Position numbers and translations under genes: made by a program. The notes below the pieces were generated by a model. That model did no database searches and was not told the DNA's origin. It saw only the letters and a list, made by a program, of their open reading frames with translations. From Thermomicrobiales bacterium (lineage in GTDB: Bacteria; Chloroflexota; Chloroflexia; Thermomicrobiales; UBA6265), in the NCBI GenBank assembly GCA_047605145.1, contig JASGGF010000002.1, forward strand, positions 1 to 44,442: a DNA stretch of 44,442 nt. Reading direction: 5' to 3'. Of this stretch, positions 7,538-18,713 are shown in pieces (position 1 is the first letter of the stretch; every line of letters begins with the position of its first letter).

Positions 7538-8701
7538 ATGCGGGCCTACATCGTTTCTATCGGCAGCGAACTCATCGGCGGTCACCTTACCGATACGAAC
7601 GCGACATTCCTCGCGCAAGAGCTCGTCGCCAAGGGCATCGAACTCCTCCACGTCGTGCAGGTCGGCGACGATCTGCCGCGCCTGACCAACGTGCTGGCGA
7701 CCGCCACGGCGGACGCCGATCTGGTGATCTGCACCGGCGGTATCGGGCCGACAGACGATGACCTGACCCGCGAAGCCATCGCTGCGCTCGCTGGCGAAAC
7801 ACCCGTCGTCGATGAACAGGCTGTCGAAGCGATCCGCGATTTCTTCGCCCGGCGCGGCATGGAGATGCCAGCGCGCAACGCCAAGCAAGCGTGGATCATC
7901 CCGTCAGCGGAAGTGCTGCAGAATCCGGTGGGAACGGCGCCCGGGTGGTTCGCGCGGATCAACGACGCCATTGTTGTGGCCATGCCGGGCGTTCCACGCG
8001 AGATGACGCGCATGTGGCGAGAGCAGGTTGCGCCCCGGCTTGGTGAGCAGTTTGGCGATGCGGTCTTCCGCTCGACGAACTTGCGCACGTTGGGCATCGG
8101 TGAATCCGCCGTCTCCGAGGTGCTGGACGAACTCACCCGCCGGCCCCAGCCCTATGTCGGCACCTACGCCAAAAACGACGGAGTCCATGTGCGCGTGACG
8201 GCCTCCGCTGCGACCGACGCCGAAGCGTCCGCCGAACTCGAGGAGACTGTTGCGGAGATCCGGCGCCGTCTGGCGGAGTTCGTCTACGCCGACGACGAGC
8301 GGTCGCTGGCGCAGGTGTTGCTCGACAAGCTCACGAGTCGCGGGTGGACAATCAGCGTTGCGGAGAGCGGCACTGCGGCCCGCTTCGGGTCGTTCCTGCT
8401 GGCCGAGCCAGCCGCCAGCGGCGTGGTGCTCGGCGCGTCCTCGGCGGCGCTGACCGCCGAGCCGCCTTCGGCCCTGTCGCTGGCGCAGCTCGCGTGCGAA
8501 CGTGACCACGCTGATGTCGGTGTTGGCGTCACGCTGACGGCCAGCCCCGTTGATAACGGGCTCTTCGAGGGCGTGCTGGACATCTGCGTCGCCGGCGCCG
8601 CCGAGCGTTCCGCGACCTTTCCCATCCGGGCGGCGTTCATCGAGATTCAGCGCCGGTCGGCGATGCACGCCGCCGATGTGCTGCGCCGCGCCCTCGACTA
8701 G
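7538..8701 (+). CDS. cinA: CinA-family competence/damage-inducible protein (MoCF-type N domain plus PncC-like C domain)
   Basis: MRAYIVSIGSELIGGHLTDTNATFLAQEL ... ICTGGIGPTDDDLTREA ... GTAPGW ... MPGVPREM matches the CinA N-domain. ATG at 7538 has GGAGG upstream. The C-terminal domain looks degenerate (see findings). Confidence 0.85.
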   Translation: MRAYIVSIGSELIGGHLTDTNATFLAQELVAKGIELLHVVQVGDDLPRLTNVLATATADADLVICTGGIGPTDDDLTREAIAALAGETPVVDEQAVEAIRDFFARRGMEMPARNAKQAWIIPSAEVLQNPVGTAPGWFARINDAIVVAMPGVPREMTRMWREQVAPRLGEQFGDAVFRSTNLRTLGIGESAVSEVLDELTRRPQPYVGTYAKNDGVHVRVTASAATDAEASAELEETVAEIRRRLAEFVYADDERSLAQVLLDKLTSRGWTISVAESGTAARFGSFLLAEPAASGVVLGASSAALTAEPPSALSLAQLACERDHADVGVGVTLTASPVDNGLFEGVLDICVAGAAERSATFPIRAAFIEIQRRSAMHAADVLRRALD

Positions 8702-9219
8702 CTGGCAGACACCCTGCCTCGCCACGCCTGAATGAGCGCGGTCTGACGCTCAAGCATCGCCGCGCGCTGCTCCGGGGTTTCATCGCGCCAGCCCAGCAGG
8801 TGCAGGACGCCGTGGACCACGAGGAAGCGAAGTTCCTCGTCTGGCGCGTGATTCCACTCCGCCGCGCGCGAGATAGCGTGATCGATCGAGATCGCGAGGT
8901 CCCCACCCTGCAGGTCGTCGCCGTACGGAAACGTCATGATGTCCGTGGGTTCATCGACATCCATGAAGCGGGCGTGCAGCGCTTGCAACTCCGCGTCGGA
9001 GACCAGCGCCGTCACAATCTCCCACGGGCCAGTGGCGCCCTCCGCAGCGAGGACGAACTGCGCGAGACTGGCTAACTCCGCTTCGATCACCGGCGCCGTT
9101 GCTTCGGACAGCCCGGACAGGCTCAGCGTGGCCGCTCGTCCATCATCGTCGTGACTCGGCCCGGGCTCCGGGCCGGCCAGCAGCGTGAACTCGAGGGCAA
9201 CGCCCGGACCGCAGGTCAC
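8698..9219 (-). CDS. ybeY: rRNA maturation endoribonuclease YbeY
   Basis: The zinc motif HGVLHLLGWRDE (H-x3-H-x5-like YbeY signature) and TDIMTFPY are present. GTG start overlaps the upstream gene stop (GTGA). The stop overlaps the cinA stop on the other strand (CTAG). Confidence 0.85.
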   Translation of the reverse strand: MTCGPGVALEFTLLAGPEPGPSHDDDGRAATLSLSGLSEATAPVIEAELASLAQFVLAAEGATGPWEIVTALVSDAELQALHARFMDVDEPTDIMTFPYGDDLQGGDLAISIDHAISRAAEWNHAPDEELRFLVVHGVLHLLGWRDETPEQRAAMLERQTALIQAWRGRVSAS

Positions 9220-9695
9220 GACCCCGCCAGCGCCGCCTTCACCGCCGCGCTGATCCGCCGTCCGTCGGCGCGGCCATCCACCTTCGCCATCGCGACGGGC
9301 ATGACCTTGCCCATTTCCTTCGGACTCGTCGCGCCGGTCTCCGCCACCGCCTCCGCGATGATGGCGGCCAGCTCGAAGTCGCTCAATTCCGTGGGCAGAT
9401 ACCGCTTCAGGACAACAAGCTGCGTTTCTTCCTTCTCGGCCAGATCGTTGCGACCCGCCGCGCGGTACTGGTCGATCGCGTCGGCAAGCTGCTTCCCCAC
9501 CTTGCGCAGCGCGGCTTCCGGGTCAGCCTCCTTGCCCGTGCCCCGCGCGTCGATTTCGGCGTTTTTCACCGCCGCCAGCAGGTAGCGCAGCGCGTCACGC
9601 GTGGTCGCGTCACCCGCACGCATCGCAGTTTTGATGTCCTCTTCCAACCGTTGCCGAATGGGAAGTTCGCTCATCTTAGTAACCCTGTCTGACAC
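9216..9695 (-). CDS. GatB/YqeY domain-containing protein
   Basis: IRQRLEEDIKTAMRAGDATTRDALRYLLAAVKNAEID ... VLKRYLP ... KEMGKVMPVAMAKVDGRADGRRISAAVKAAL is the typical YqeY pattern. Confidence 0.85.
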   Translation of the reverse strand: MSDRVTKMSELPIRQRLEEDIKTAMRAGDATTRDALRYLLAAVKNAEIDARGTGKEADPEAALRKVGKQLADAIDQYRAAGRNDLAEKEETQLVVLKRYLPTELSDFELAAIIAEAVAETGATSPKEMGKVMPVAMAKVDGRADGRRISAAVKAALAGS

Positions 9696-9697
9696 GT

Positions 9698-10045
9698 CTA
9701 TCCAAGACCAGCTTTCAGCACCGCCCCGCCCAGCACGTGGAAATGCAGATGGAACACCGTTTGCCCGGCGTCGGGCCCGTCGTTCGTGATGACCCGGTAG
9801 CCGGATTCCAGCAGCCCTTCCTGCCGCGCAACCTGCGTCGCCAGCGCCAGCGCGTCAGCAGCGATCTCCGGGTGGGCCGGCACGGTCGCCTGCAACGACG
9901 CGAAGTGCTGGCGCGGCACAACGAGGACGTGGACCGGGGCCTGCGGCGCAAGATCGCGAAACGCCACATTGTGCTCGCTCTCGGCAACAAACTCCGTGCC
10001 AAGATCGCCGCGAACGATCCGGCAGAAAACGCAGTCCTCGGTCAT
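9698..10045 (-). CDS. HIT (histidine triad) family nucleotide hydrolase
   Basis: CVFCRIV near the N-terminus, APVHVLVVPRQH, and the triad HLHFHVLGG near the C-terminus. Confidence 0.9.
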   Translation of the reverse strand: MTEDCVFCRIVRGDLGTEFVAESEHNVAFRDLAPQAPVHVLVVPRQHFASLQATVPAHPEIAADALALATQVARQEGLLESGYRVITNDGPDAGQTVFHLHFHVLGGAVLKAGLG

Positions 10046-10096
10046 GATGGCGGTTACCGGGTCCTTTCCGGGTGCGTGGTACGCTCGCAGGCCGCA

Positions 10097-10124
10097 TTGT
10101 GCGGCTGCACCAGATTGCGATCAT
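10097..10124 (+). promoter_or_regulatory. candidate promoter of mutM (TTGTGC-16 nt-GATCAT) positioned for a leaderless transcript
   Basis: TTGTGC at 10097..10102, 16-nt spacer, GATCAT at 10119..10124. The mutM ATG at 10130 lies 5 nt after the -10, and there is no SD. Confidence 0.3.
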
Positions 10125-10129
10125 CGAGT

Positions 10130-10987
10130 ATGCCAGAACTTCCCGAGGTCGAAACAGTTCGCCAGTCGCTGCTGGGCCGCGTTGTTGGTCAGCAGATCGC
10201 TGACATGCGAGTCGGCGACTTCCCCGGCGTCCTCGGCACGGACTCGCCGGAGGATGTGCTGCAGCGCGTCAGGGGCAGGAGGTTTCAGGATATCCGGCGC
10301 CGGGCGAAGTACCTGTTCTTCGACCTCGATGACGACACGGCCATCATGATCCACCTGCGAATGACTGGCAGGCTCTCGCTGGTTCCCACCGGTCGCGCCG
10401 AACTGCGTCATCAGCGCGCGGCGTTTACGCTGGGCAACGGCCACGACCTGCGCTTCTCCGATCAGCGCAAGTTCGGCCGCGTCCTCCACCTCCACCCGGA
10501 CGATGTCGCCCGGCTGGACGCCCGAATCGGCATCGAGCCGCTCAGCGACGCGTTCACGCCCGGGTGGTTACAGGAGAAGCTGCGCCGCCGCAGCGGTAAG
10601 ATCAAGGCCGTGATCCTCGATCAACACCTCATCGGCGGACTGGGCAACATTTACGCGGACGAGGCGCTATTCGCGGCGCGCATCCACCCTGAACGCGCGG
10701 CCAATTCGCTCGATCAGGATGAGCTTACCCGGCTCCAGCACGCGATCCAGCGGGTCCTGTTGGCCGCGCTCGACCGCAAGGGCACCACGTTTTCGTCGTT
10801 CGAAGATGCGGACGGACTCGCTGGTGGGTACGGGGAGAAGCTGCAGGTGTATGGCCGGGGCGGGCGCGCGGCGTGCCCGGAATGTGGCACGCCGCTGCTC
10901 CGGCTGGTGGTTGGCGGCCGGGGCACCGCGTACTGCCCAGCCTGCCAACCCCTCAACCCGGTGTCTTCGACGGAAGCGAAGAACTAA
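10130..10987 (+). CDS. mutM: formamidopyrimidine-DNA glycosylase (Fpg/MutM)
   Basis: The invariant N-terminus MPELPEVETVR, the H2TH region (LDQHLIGGLGNIYADEALF) and a C-terminal zinc finger (CPECGTPL...RGTAYCPACQ) are all present. Confidence 0.92.
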   Translation: MPELPEVETVRQSLLGRVVGQQIADMRVGDFPGVLGTDSPEDVLQRVRGRRFQDIRRRAKYLFFDLDDDTAIMIHLRMTGRLSLVPTGRAELRHQRAAFTLGNGHDLRFSDQRKFGRVLHLHPDDVARLDARIGIEPLSDAFTPGWLQEKLRRRSGKIKAVILDQHLIGGLGNIYADEALFAARIHPERAANSLDQDELTRLQHAIQRVLLAALDRKGTTFSSFEDADGLAGGYGEKLQVYGRGGRAACPECGTPLLRLVVGGRGTAYCPACQPLNPVSSTEAKN

Positions 10988-11015
10988 AAGAGCGGGGATA
11001 TGTCGCCCGCCCCGC
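10986..11015 (-). terminator. candidate intrinsic terminator downstream of the osmC-like gene
   Basis: On the minus strand, GCGGGG-12 nt-CCCCGC is followed immediately by TCTTTT. It lies in the 36-nt gap between convergent mutM and osmC-like genes. Confidence 0.45.
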
Positions 11016-11023
11016 AGGTCGCG

Positions 11024-11479
11024 CTAGACCAGTTCCCCGGTCGCGACAACCTCGACATTGCCCTTCAGCGCCTGCGACAGCGGGCACCCCTGTGAGGCCG
11101 CCGCGACCGCAGCGGCGAAGTCCTCCGCGCTGATGCCCGGAACCTTACCGGTGACCGTCAGCTCGGAGAAGCTGACCTCGAAGCCGCCGCCGACCTTCGG
11201 GTCGAACCCGACCGCAGCGGTCACGTCGAGGCTCTCTGCCGGCGTCTCGCGGCCCTGCAGCTCGTAGGACAACGCCATGGCGAAGCAGGAGGCGTGCGCC
11301 GCCGCCAGCAACTCTTCCGGCGTGGTCTGGGAATCATCGCCACCCGTGCGCGATTGCCACGAAACCGCCAGATCCTTCAGCAGGCCGGACGTGCTGCCGG
11401 TCACAGCGCCGGAGCCCTCGGTCAGGGTGCCACTCCAGTGCGCGGAAGCCTCGTGAACTGCTTGTGCGTGCCGGGCCAT
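11024..11479 (-). CDS. OsmC family peroxiredoxin / organic hydroperoxide reductase-like protein
   Basis: TTPEELLAAAHASCFAMAL and ASQGCPLSQAL contain the two conserved OsmC cysteines. AAGGAG lies upstream of the ATG. Confidence 0.85.
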   Translation of the reverse strand: MARHAQAVHEASAHWSGTLTEGSGAVTGSTSGLLKDLAVSWQSRTGGDDSQTTPEELLAAAHASCFAMALSYELQGRETPAESLDVTAAVGFDPKVGGGFEVSFSELTVTGKVPGISAEDFAAAVAAASQGCPLSQALKGNVEVVATGELV

Positions 11480-11506
11480 GGTTTCTTACTCCTTCGTTGC
11501 GTATCG

Positions 11507-11525
11507 GCCGCGCCCACCGCGCGGC
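11507..11525 (-). terminator. GC hairpin downstream of the aldehyde dehydrogenase gene
   Basis: Perfect 7-bp stem GCCGCGC / GCGCGGC with a 5-nt loop, in the 89-nt spacer before the osmC-like gene. No U-tract. Confidence 0.3.
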
Positions 11526-11568
11526 GTCGTTTCATGTGTTCCCAATCGCCTGGCGTGCGGTCGTTCCG

Positions 11569-13053
11569 CTACGCCCGCGGCGGCGGGTCCATGTAGACGG
11601 TCTTGATCTGGGTGAAGAACTCACGCGACGACTTGCCCTGCTCGCGCGAGTAGGACGAGGAGCCCTTCATGCCGCCAAACGGCACTTGTGGCTCGGCGCC
11701 GGCGGTCTCGCTGTTGATGTGGACGATGCCCGCCTCGATCTCCCGGGCGAACGTGAGCGCGCGCTCCAGATCGCGAGTGAACAGGGAGGCAGAGAGGCCG
11801 AACCGCACCTGATTGGCAACAGAGAGCGCCTCTTCGATGCCATCCACCGAGATCACGCCGAGCACCGGGCCGAACAGCTCATCCTGCCCGAGCCGCGAAT
11901 CCGGCGTGACGCCGGCGAACAGCGCGGGCGCGATGAACGCGCCGTTGGCCAGATCGCCGCCGGGGGTGTCGCCGCCGACAAGCAATTGCGCGCCGGCCTC
12001 TCGGCCAGCCGCCACTTCGCTGGCGACGCGCTTCGCCGACGCGTCGTCAATCAGTGGGCCAATCTGCGTATCCGCCGCCAGCGGGTCGCCCACCTTCAGC
12101 GAGCCGATGCGCGCGCTGAGCAGGTCGGTGAACTGATCGGCAATGCGGCGGTCCACAATCGCCCGCGACGTGGCGGTGCACTTCTGGCCGGTGCTCATCA
12201 TGGCGCCGTTGACCACGTGGGTCAGGGCGTGCTCCAGATCGGCGTCCGCCAGCACGATGGCCGGGTTCTTGCCGCCAAGCTCCAGTTGCAGCTTGGCGCC
12301 CTGCTCCGCCGCGATCTTGCGCAGTTCCGAGCCGGTCTCGTTCGAGCCGGTGAAGCTGATCGCCACGACGCGCGGATCGCGCAGCAGCGGATCGCCGATC
12401 ACCGACGCCGAGCCAGTGACGAGGTTCAGCACGCCCGGCGGCAGCCCGGCGTCGGCCAGCGCCTCGACCAGTCGCACCGCGCTCAGCGGCGTCAGGCTGG
12501 CCGGCTTGAACACCACCGTGTTGCCGAACGCCAGCGCCGGCGCGATCTTCCACGCCGGGATGGCGATGGGGAAGTTCCACGGCGTGACAACGGCCGTCAC
12601 ACCTAGCGGCTCGCGCGTGGTGTAGAGCAGCGTCAGCGGGCTCATAGAGGGGTAATGCTCGCCACTCGGCTGCTGCGCCTCGCCCGCGAAATAGCGCAAA
12701 ATCTGCACCGCGCGGGTCGTTTCGCCGATCCCCTCCTTGAGGGTCTTCCCCTCCTCGCGCGTCAGCTCCCGGCCGACGTCCGGAATGCGCGATTCGAGGA
12801 TATTGGCCGCCTTGTGCAGAATGTTGGCGCGGGCGATGGGCGAGCTAAAGCGCCACGACCGGTACGCCTCGCTGGCGGCGTCCAGCGCCGCCGTCACATC
12901 CTCGACCTCAGACGACGCGTGCTGCGCCACGACCTCGTCGCGATTGGCCGGATTGCGGTTTTCGAGCGTCCGTCCGCCGGATGCCGCCCGCCATTCGCCG
13001 TTGATGAAGTTCCCGAAGACTCCGGATTCAACCTGTGCGGGGGATGCCGCCAT
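11569..13053 (-). CDS. NAD(P)+-dependent aldehyde dehydrogenase family protein
   Basis: FINGEWRAA ... NPANRDEV, VVTPWNFP, FTGSNETG, ELGGKNP and the catalytic-Cys region STGQKCTATSR are present. ATG at 13053 has AAGGAG upstream. The longer ORF upstream of it is Arg/Ser/Pro-rich. Confidence 0.9.
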   Translation of the reverse strand: MAASPAQVESGVFGNFINGEWRAASGGRTLENRNPANRDEVVAQHASSEVEDVTAALDAASEAYRSWRFSSPIARANILHKAANILESRIPDVGRELTREEGKTLKEGIGETTRAVQILRYFAGEAQQPSGEHYPSMSPLTLLYTTREPLGVTAVVTPWNFPIAIPAWKIAPALAFGNTVVFKPASLTPLSAVRLVEALADAGLPPGVLNLVTGSASVIGDPLLRDPRVVAISFTGSNETGSELRKIAAEQGAKLQLELGGKNPAIVLADADLEHALTHVVNGAMMSTGQKCTATSRAIVDRRIADQFTDLLSARIGSLKVGDPLAADTQIGPLIDDASAKRVASEVAAGREAGAQLLVGGDTPGGDLANGAFIAPALFAGVTPDSRLGQDELFGPVLGVISVDGIEEALSVANQVRFGLSASLFTRDLERALTFAREIEAGIVHINSETAGAEPQVPFGGMKGSSSYSREQGKSSREFFTQIKTVYMDPPPRA

Positions 13054-13120
13054 ACTTGCTCCTTCGCTGCGATGCGAGTTCTGCGGGCTCACGCCAGCGT
13101 CGATTGTACGCGCCGGAGCG

Positions 13121-14131
13121 CTACACCTCGTCGATGCGCACCCACGCGCCGCTCTTGCGGCTTTGCGTGGCCGCCGCCGCGATGCGCATGGTCTGTAGCG
13201 CATCGTGAATGCCGGGTGTCGGGATGCTGCCGGCGTGCAGGGCGTTGACGAAGGCCTGCACCTCGTCGCGGTAGGCATCGCTGAAGCGCTCGACGAACTG
13301 GTCATGCCGCGCCGAGACCTTGCCACGCTCGTCGTAGAGCGCCGCCGGGAACTTCTCGTCCACCTCGGCCACGACCTTGCCCTTGCTGCCGTGGACCTCA
13401 GCCCGGATGTCGTAGCCGTAGGGCGCGCGCCACGCCTCCTGCACGACGCCGAGCGCGCCGTTTTCGAAGCGCATCAGCACGATGCCGTAGTCCACGTCGT
13501 CGAACGTCGCCAGTTCCGGCTCCACCAACACGGCCCCAATGGCCAGCACCTCGGTCACTTCTTGCCCGGTCAGGAAGCGAGCGGCGTCGAAATCGTGGCT
13601 TGCCAGATCCATGAACAGCCCGCCACTGGTGCGCAGAAACTCGATGGGTCCAAGCCGGTCACAGCTCATCCCCCGGAACATTTCCACATCACCGATAGCG
13701 CCAGCCGAAATCAACTCGTGCGCCCGCGCGTAGCTGCGGTCGTACCGGCGCTGAAACCCGATCTGGAACGGGACACCGGCGTCCTCGACGGCGCGAGCGG
13801 CGGCCTCGGCCTTGGCGACGGTGTCCGCCAGTGGCTTCTCGGAAAAGACCGGCTTGCCTGCTGCCGCCGCCAAGGCGATGTGTTCGTCATGCACCACTGC
13901 CGGCGAGGCGACAACCACTGCCTCGACGTCAGCACGCGCCAGCAGCGCCGGCACGGAGTCCTCCAGCGGACAGGGCGCCGTGCCCTCCACCTCCAGCCGC
14001 GCCCGGTGCTCCGCATCGACTGCCGCCGCCACGAGGTGAGCGCCGGCAATGCGGCTGCGCAGCGACTCCGCGTGAAAGGCCCCGATGCGGCCCAACCCGA
14101 TGACACCGAACCCAATGCTCCTGTCAGCCAC
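13121..14131 (-). CDS. Gfo/Idh/MocA family oxidoreductase
   Basis: N-terminal Rossmann fingerprint IGFGVIGLGRIGAFHAESL, then PVFSEKPLA (EKP motif). GTG at 14131 has AAGGGAG upstream. Confidence 0.85.
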   Translation of the reverse strand: MADRSIGFGVIGLGRIGAFHAESLRSRIAGAHLVAAAVDAEHRARLEVEGTAPCPLEDSVPALLARADVEAVVVASPAVVHDEHIALAAAAGKPVFSEKPLADTVAKAEAAARAVEDAGVPFQIGFQRRYDRSYARAHELISAGAIGDVEMFRGMSCDRLGPIEFLRTSGGLFMDLASHDFDAARFLTGQEVTEVLAIGAVLVEPELATFDDVDYGIVLMRFENGALGVVQEAWRAPYGYDIRAEVHGSKGKVVAEVDEKFPAALYDERGKVSARHDQFVERFSDAYRDEVQAFVNALHAGSIPTPGIHDALQTMRIAAAATQSRKSGAWVRIDEV

Positions 14132-14178
14132 CGAGACTCCCTTGTCAGACCGGTCGTCAATAGTCGAAGTGATAGCGT

Positions 14179-15708
14179 CTACGCGCCCTGTAGCAACCAG
14201 CCCGCGATCCGCTCGCCGATCACCACTGCCGGGATGTTCGTATTGGCGCGGGGCACAACCGGGATGATCGAACAGTCCGCCACGAAGACGTTCTCCAGCC
14301 CGTGGACCTTGCCCCGCGCGTCCGTCACCGCCATCGGATCGGAGGCCACGCCCATCGCGCACGTGCCGACCGGGTGGTAGTAGTGGAATACGGCGCTGTC
14401 GATCCACGCGCCGATCTCTTCGTCGCTTTGAGCCGCCGGGCCGGGCGCCGTTTCGCTCCCGAGCAGCCCGGAAAGGGGCGCCTGCGCCGCGATGGCGCGC
14501 GCCTTCCGCACCCCGTCGATCAGCACGGCGCGGTCGTGACCGGCGGCGTCGCTCAGGTAGCGGTGCTCCAACCGGGGAGACTCAGCCGGATCAGCCGAGC
14601 GCAACGTCAGTTCGCCGCGCGATTGCGGCGTCATGCAGGCAATGGGAAATACCCAACGCCACCCGCTCTCGCGCGCTGCGGATGGCCCGCCCACCGGGTA
14701 GATGTGCAAGTCGAACCCGGCCTCATCCTCCGGGTAGAGCGACGAGCGGATCTTGGCGATGGACTGCTCCTCGGGCATCCACTGCGTCTCAGCGAAGGCC
14801 GTCATCGCGTCGATCAGATCTTGCGACCCGGAGAATGCCACCTCGACCGCCGGGTGATCGTGCAGGTTGCGGCCGACGCCCGGCAGCTCATGCACCGGCG
14901 CAATGCCCAGCTCGCGCAACTCAGCGGGATCGCCGATCCCGGATCGCAGCAGCACCGCCGGGCTACCGTATGTGCCGCCTGCGATCACCACGCGCCCCGC
15001 GTCGATGCTCGCCGGGCCATCCGGCCCGATGAAGTGCACGCGGGTGGCGCGGCCCTCCGCGATTTCGACGCGGTCTACCAGCGCATTGCCAATCACGGTC
15101 AGGTTTGCGCGGTTTCGCGCATCATCGAGGTAGGCGAACGCCGAGTTCCAGCGTACGCCGTCCGCGATATTGACCGGGCTGGGCGAGATCCCCTCGTCCT
15201 CATCGAGGTCGTTCAGGTTCGTGGTGCGCGGGATGCCGGCCGTTTCCGCCGCCGCCAGCACCGCCGCGTGAAACGGGGTGACCTGCGCCTCCCCGTAGTC
15301 CATCACGCGCATCCGCTCGGTTGCCCGCGCGAAGAGCGGCTCCAGCTCGCTGGTCGCCCAACCATCGAGGCCGGCAGCGGCCCACGCGTCGTAATCGACG
15401 CGGCTGCCCCAGATGGCAGCGCAGCCGTTGTGCGAGGAGCACCCGCCGATCACCATGGCGCGCTCGAAGTTGACTTCCCGGTCCGGATAGGTGTCGCGGG
15501 AGGTGTACTTCCAGTCGTGGGTGTAACCGAGCGCCCGGGCATCCAGCAGGTCGGCAGGCCACTGGCCTTCCGCGAACGGCCCGAAGTCCGGTCCGGCCTC
15601 CAGCACCACCACCGTCTCGTCGCTTTCGCGCGCCAGCAGCCCGGCCACCACCGCGCCCGATGTGCCCCCGCCCACGATCACCGTGTCCGCCGAGCGCGGA
15701 ATCGCCAT
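14179..15708 (-). CDS. GMC family FAD-dependent oxidoreductase (choline/alcohol dehydrogenase-like)
   Basis: DTVIVGGGTSGAVVAGLLA ... VVVLEAGP is the FAD fingerprint. GGCSSHNG and the C-terminal HPVGTCAMG ... VADCSIIP are GMC signatures. ATG at 15708 has GGAGG 7 nt upstream. Confidence 0.88.
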   Translation of the reverse strand: MAIPRSADTVIVGGGTSGAVVAGLLARESDETVVVLEAGPDFGPFAEGQWPADLLDARALGYTHDWKYTSRDTYPDREVNFERAMVIGGCSSHNGCAAIWGSRVDYDAWAAAGLDGWATSELEPLFARATERMRVMDYGEAQVTPFHAAVLAAAETAGIPRTTNLNDLDEDEGISPSPVNIADGVRWNSAFAYLDDARNRANLTVIGNALVDRVEIAEGRATRVHFIGPDGPASIDAGRVVIAGGTYGSPAVLLRSGIGDPAELRELGIAPVHELPGVGRNLHDHPAVEVAFSGSQDLIDAMTAFAETQWMPEEQSIAKIRSSLYPEDEAGFDLHIYPVGGPSAARESGWRWVFPIACMTPQSRGELTLRSADPAESPRLEHRYLSDAAGHDRAVLIDGVRKARAIAAQAPLSGLLGSETAPGPAAQSDEEIGAWIDSAVFHYYHPVGTCAMGVASDPMAVTDARGKVHGLENVFVADCSIIPVVPRANTNIPAVVIGERIAGWLLQGA

Positions 15709-15757
15709 GTTCACGCCTCCGGATTTCGCTGCTGAAACGCAATCGACGCTCGCCACG

Positions 15758-18490
<2,733 letters not shown>

Positions 18491-18644
18491 AGCTGTACTG
18501 CCCTCTATCGTTTCTTCCCAACCGGGAGCCGCTCTCTCTGCGACCGCGCGAGCCGTGCGCCCGCACGCAGAGGCTGGCCGCGCCCCCGGCATGCAATTCG
18601 CTGGGCAGTTTAGACGACGTTGCCGCCTTTCCGGTTGCCGTTGT

Positions 18645-18657
18645 TGCAGAATCTGCA
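18645..18657. promoter_or_regulatory. perfect 6-1-6 palindrome TGCAGA-A-TCTGCA in the acnA / HAD divergent intergenic region (possible operator)
   Basis: Seen directly in the sequence. It lies 57 nt upstream of the HAD ATG and 155 nt upstream of the acnA ATG. Confidence 0.2.
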
Positions 18658-18713
18658 TGTTCGCGCCGCCAGACGCCAGCGTTGCGCCCGGCGACCATCG
18701 CTATCGGAGCGCC

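Noticed and set aside
7339-7540. tRNA-Arg as a possible integration site for a genomic island
   Set aside because: No integrase, direct repeat of the tRNA 3' end or compositional shift follows. The next gene is housekeeping cinA.
11464-15735. Long plus-strand ORFs (11464..12606, 13205..14380, 14302..15735) opposite the ALDH, Gfo-Idh-MocA and GMC genes
   Set aside because: These are typical high-GC shadow ORFs. They are Arg/Gly/Ala/His-rich, carry no recognisable motifs, and each is antisense to a gene with clear family signatures.
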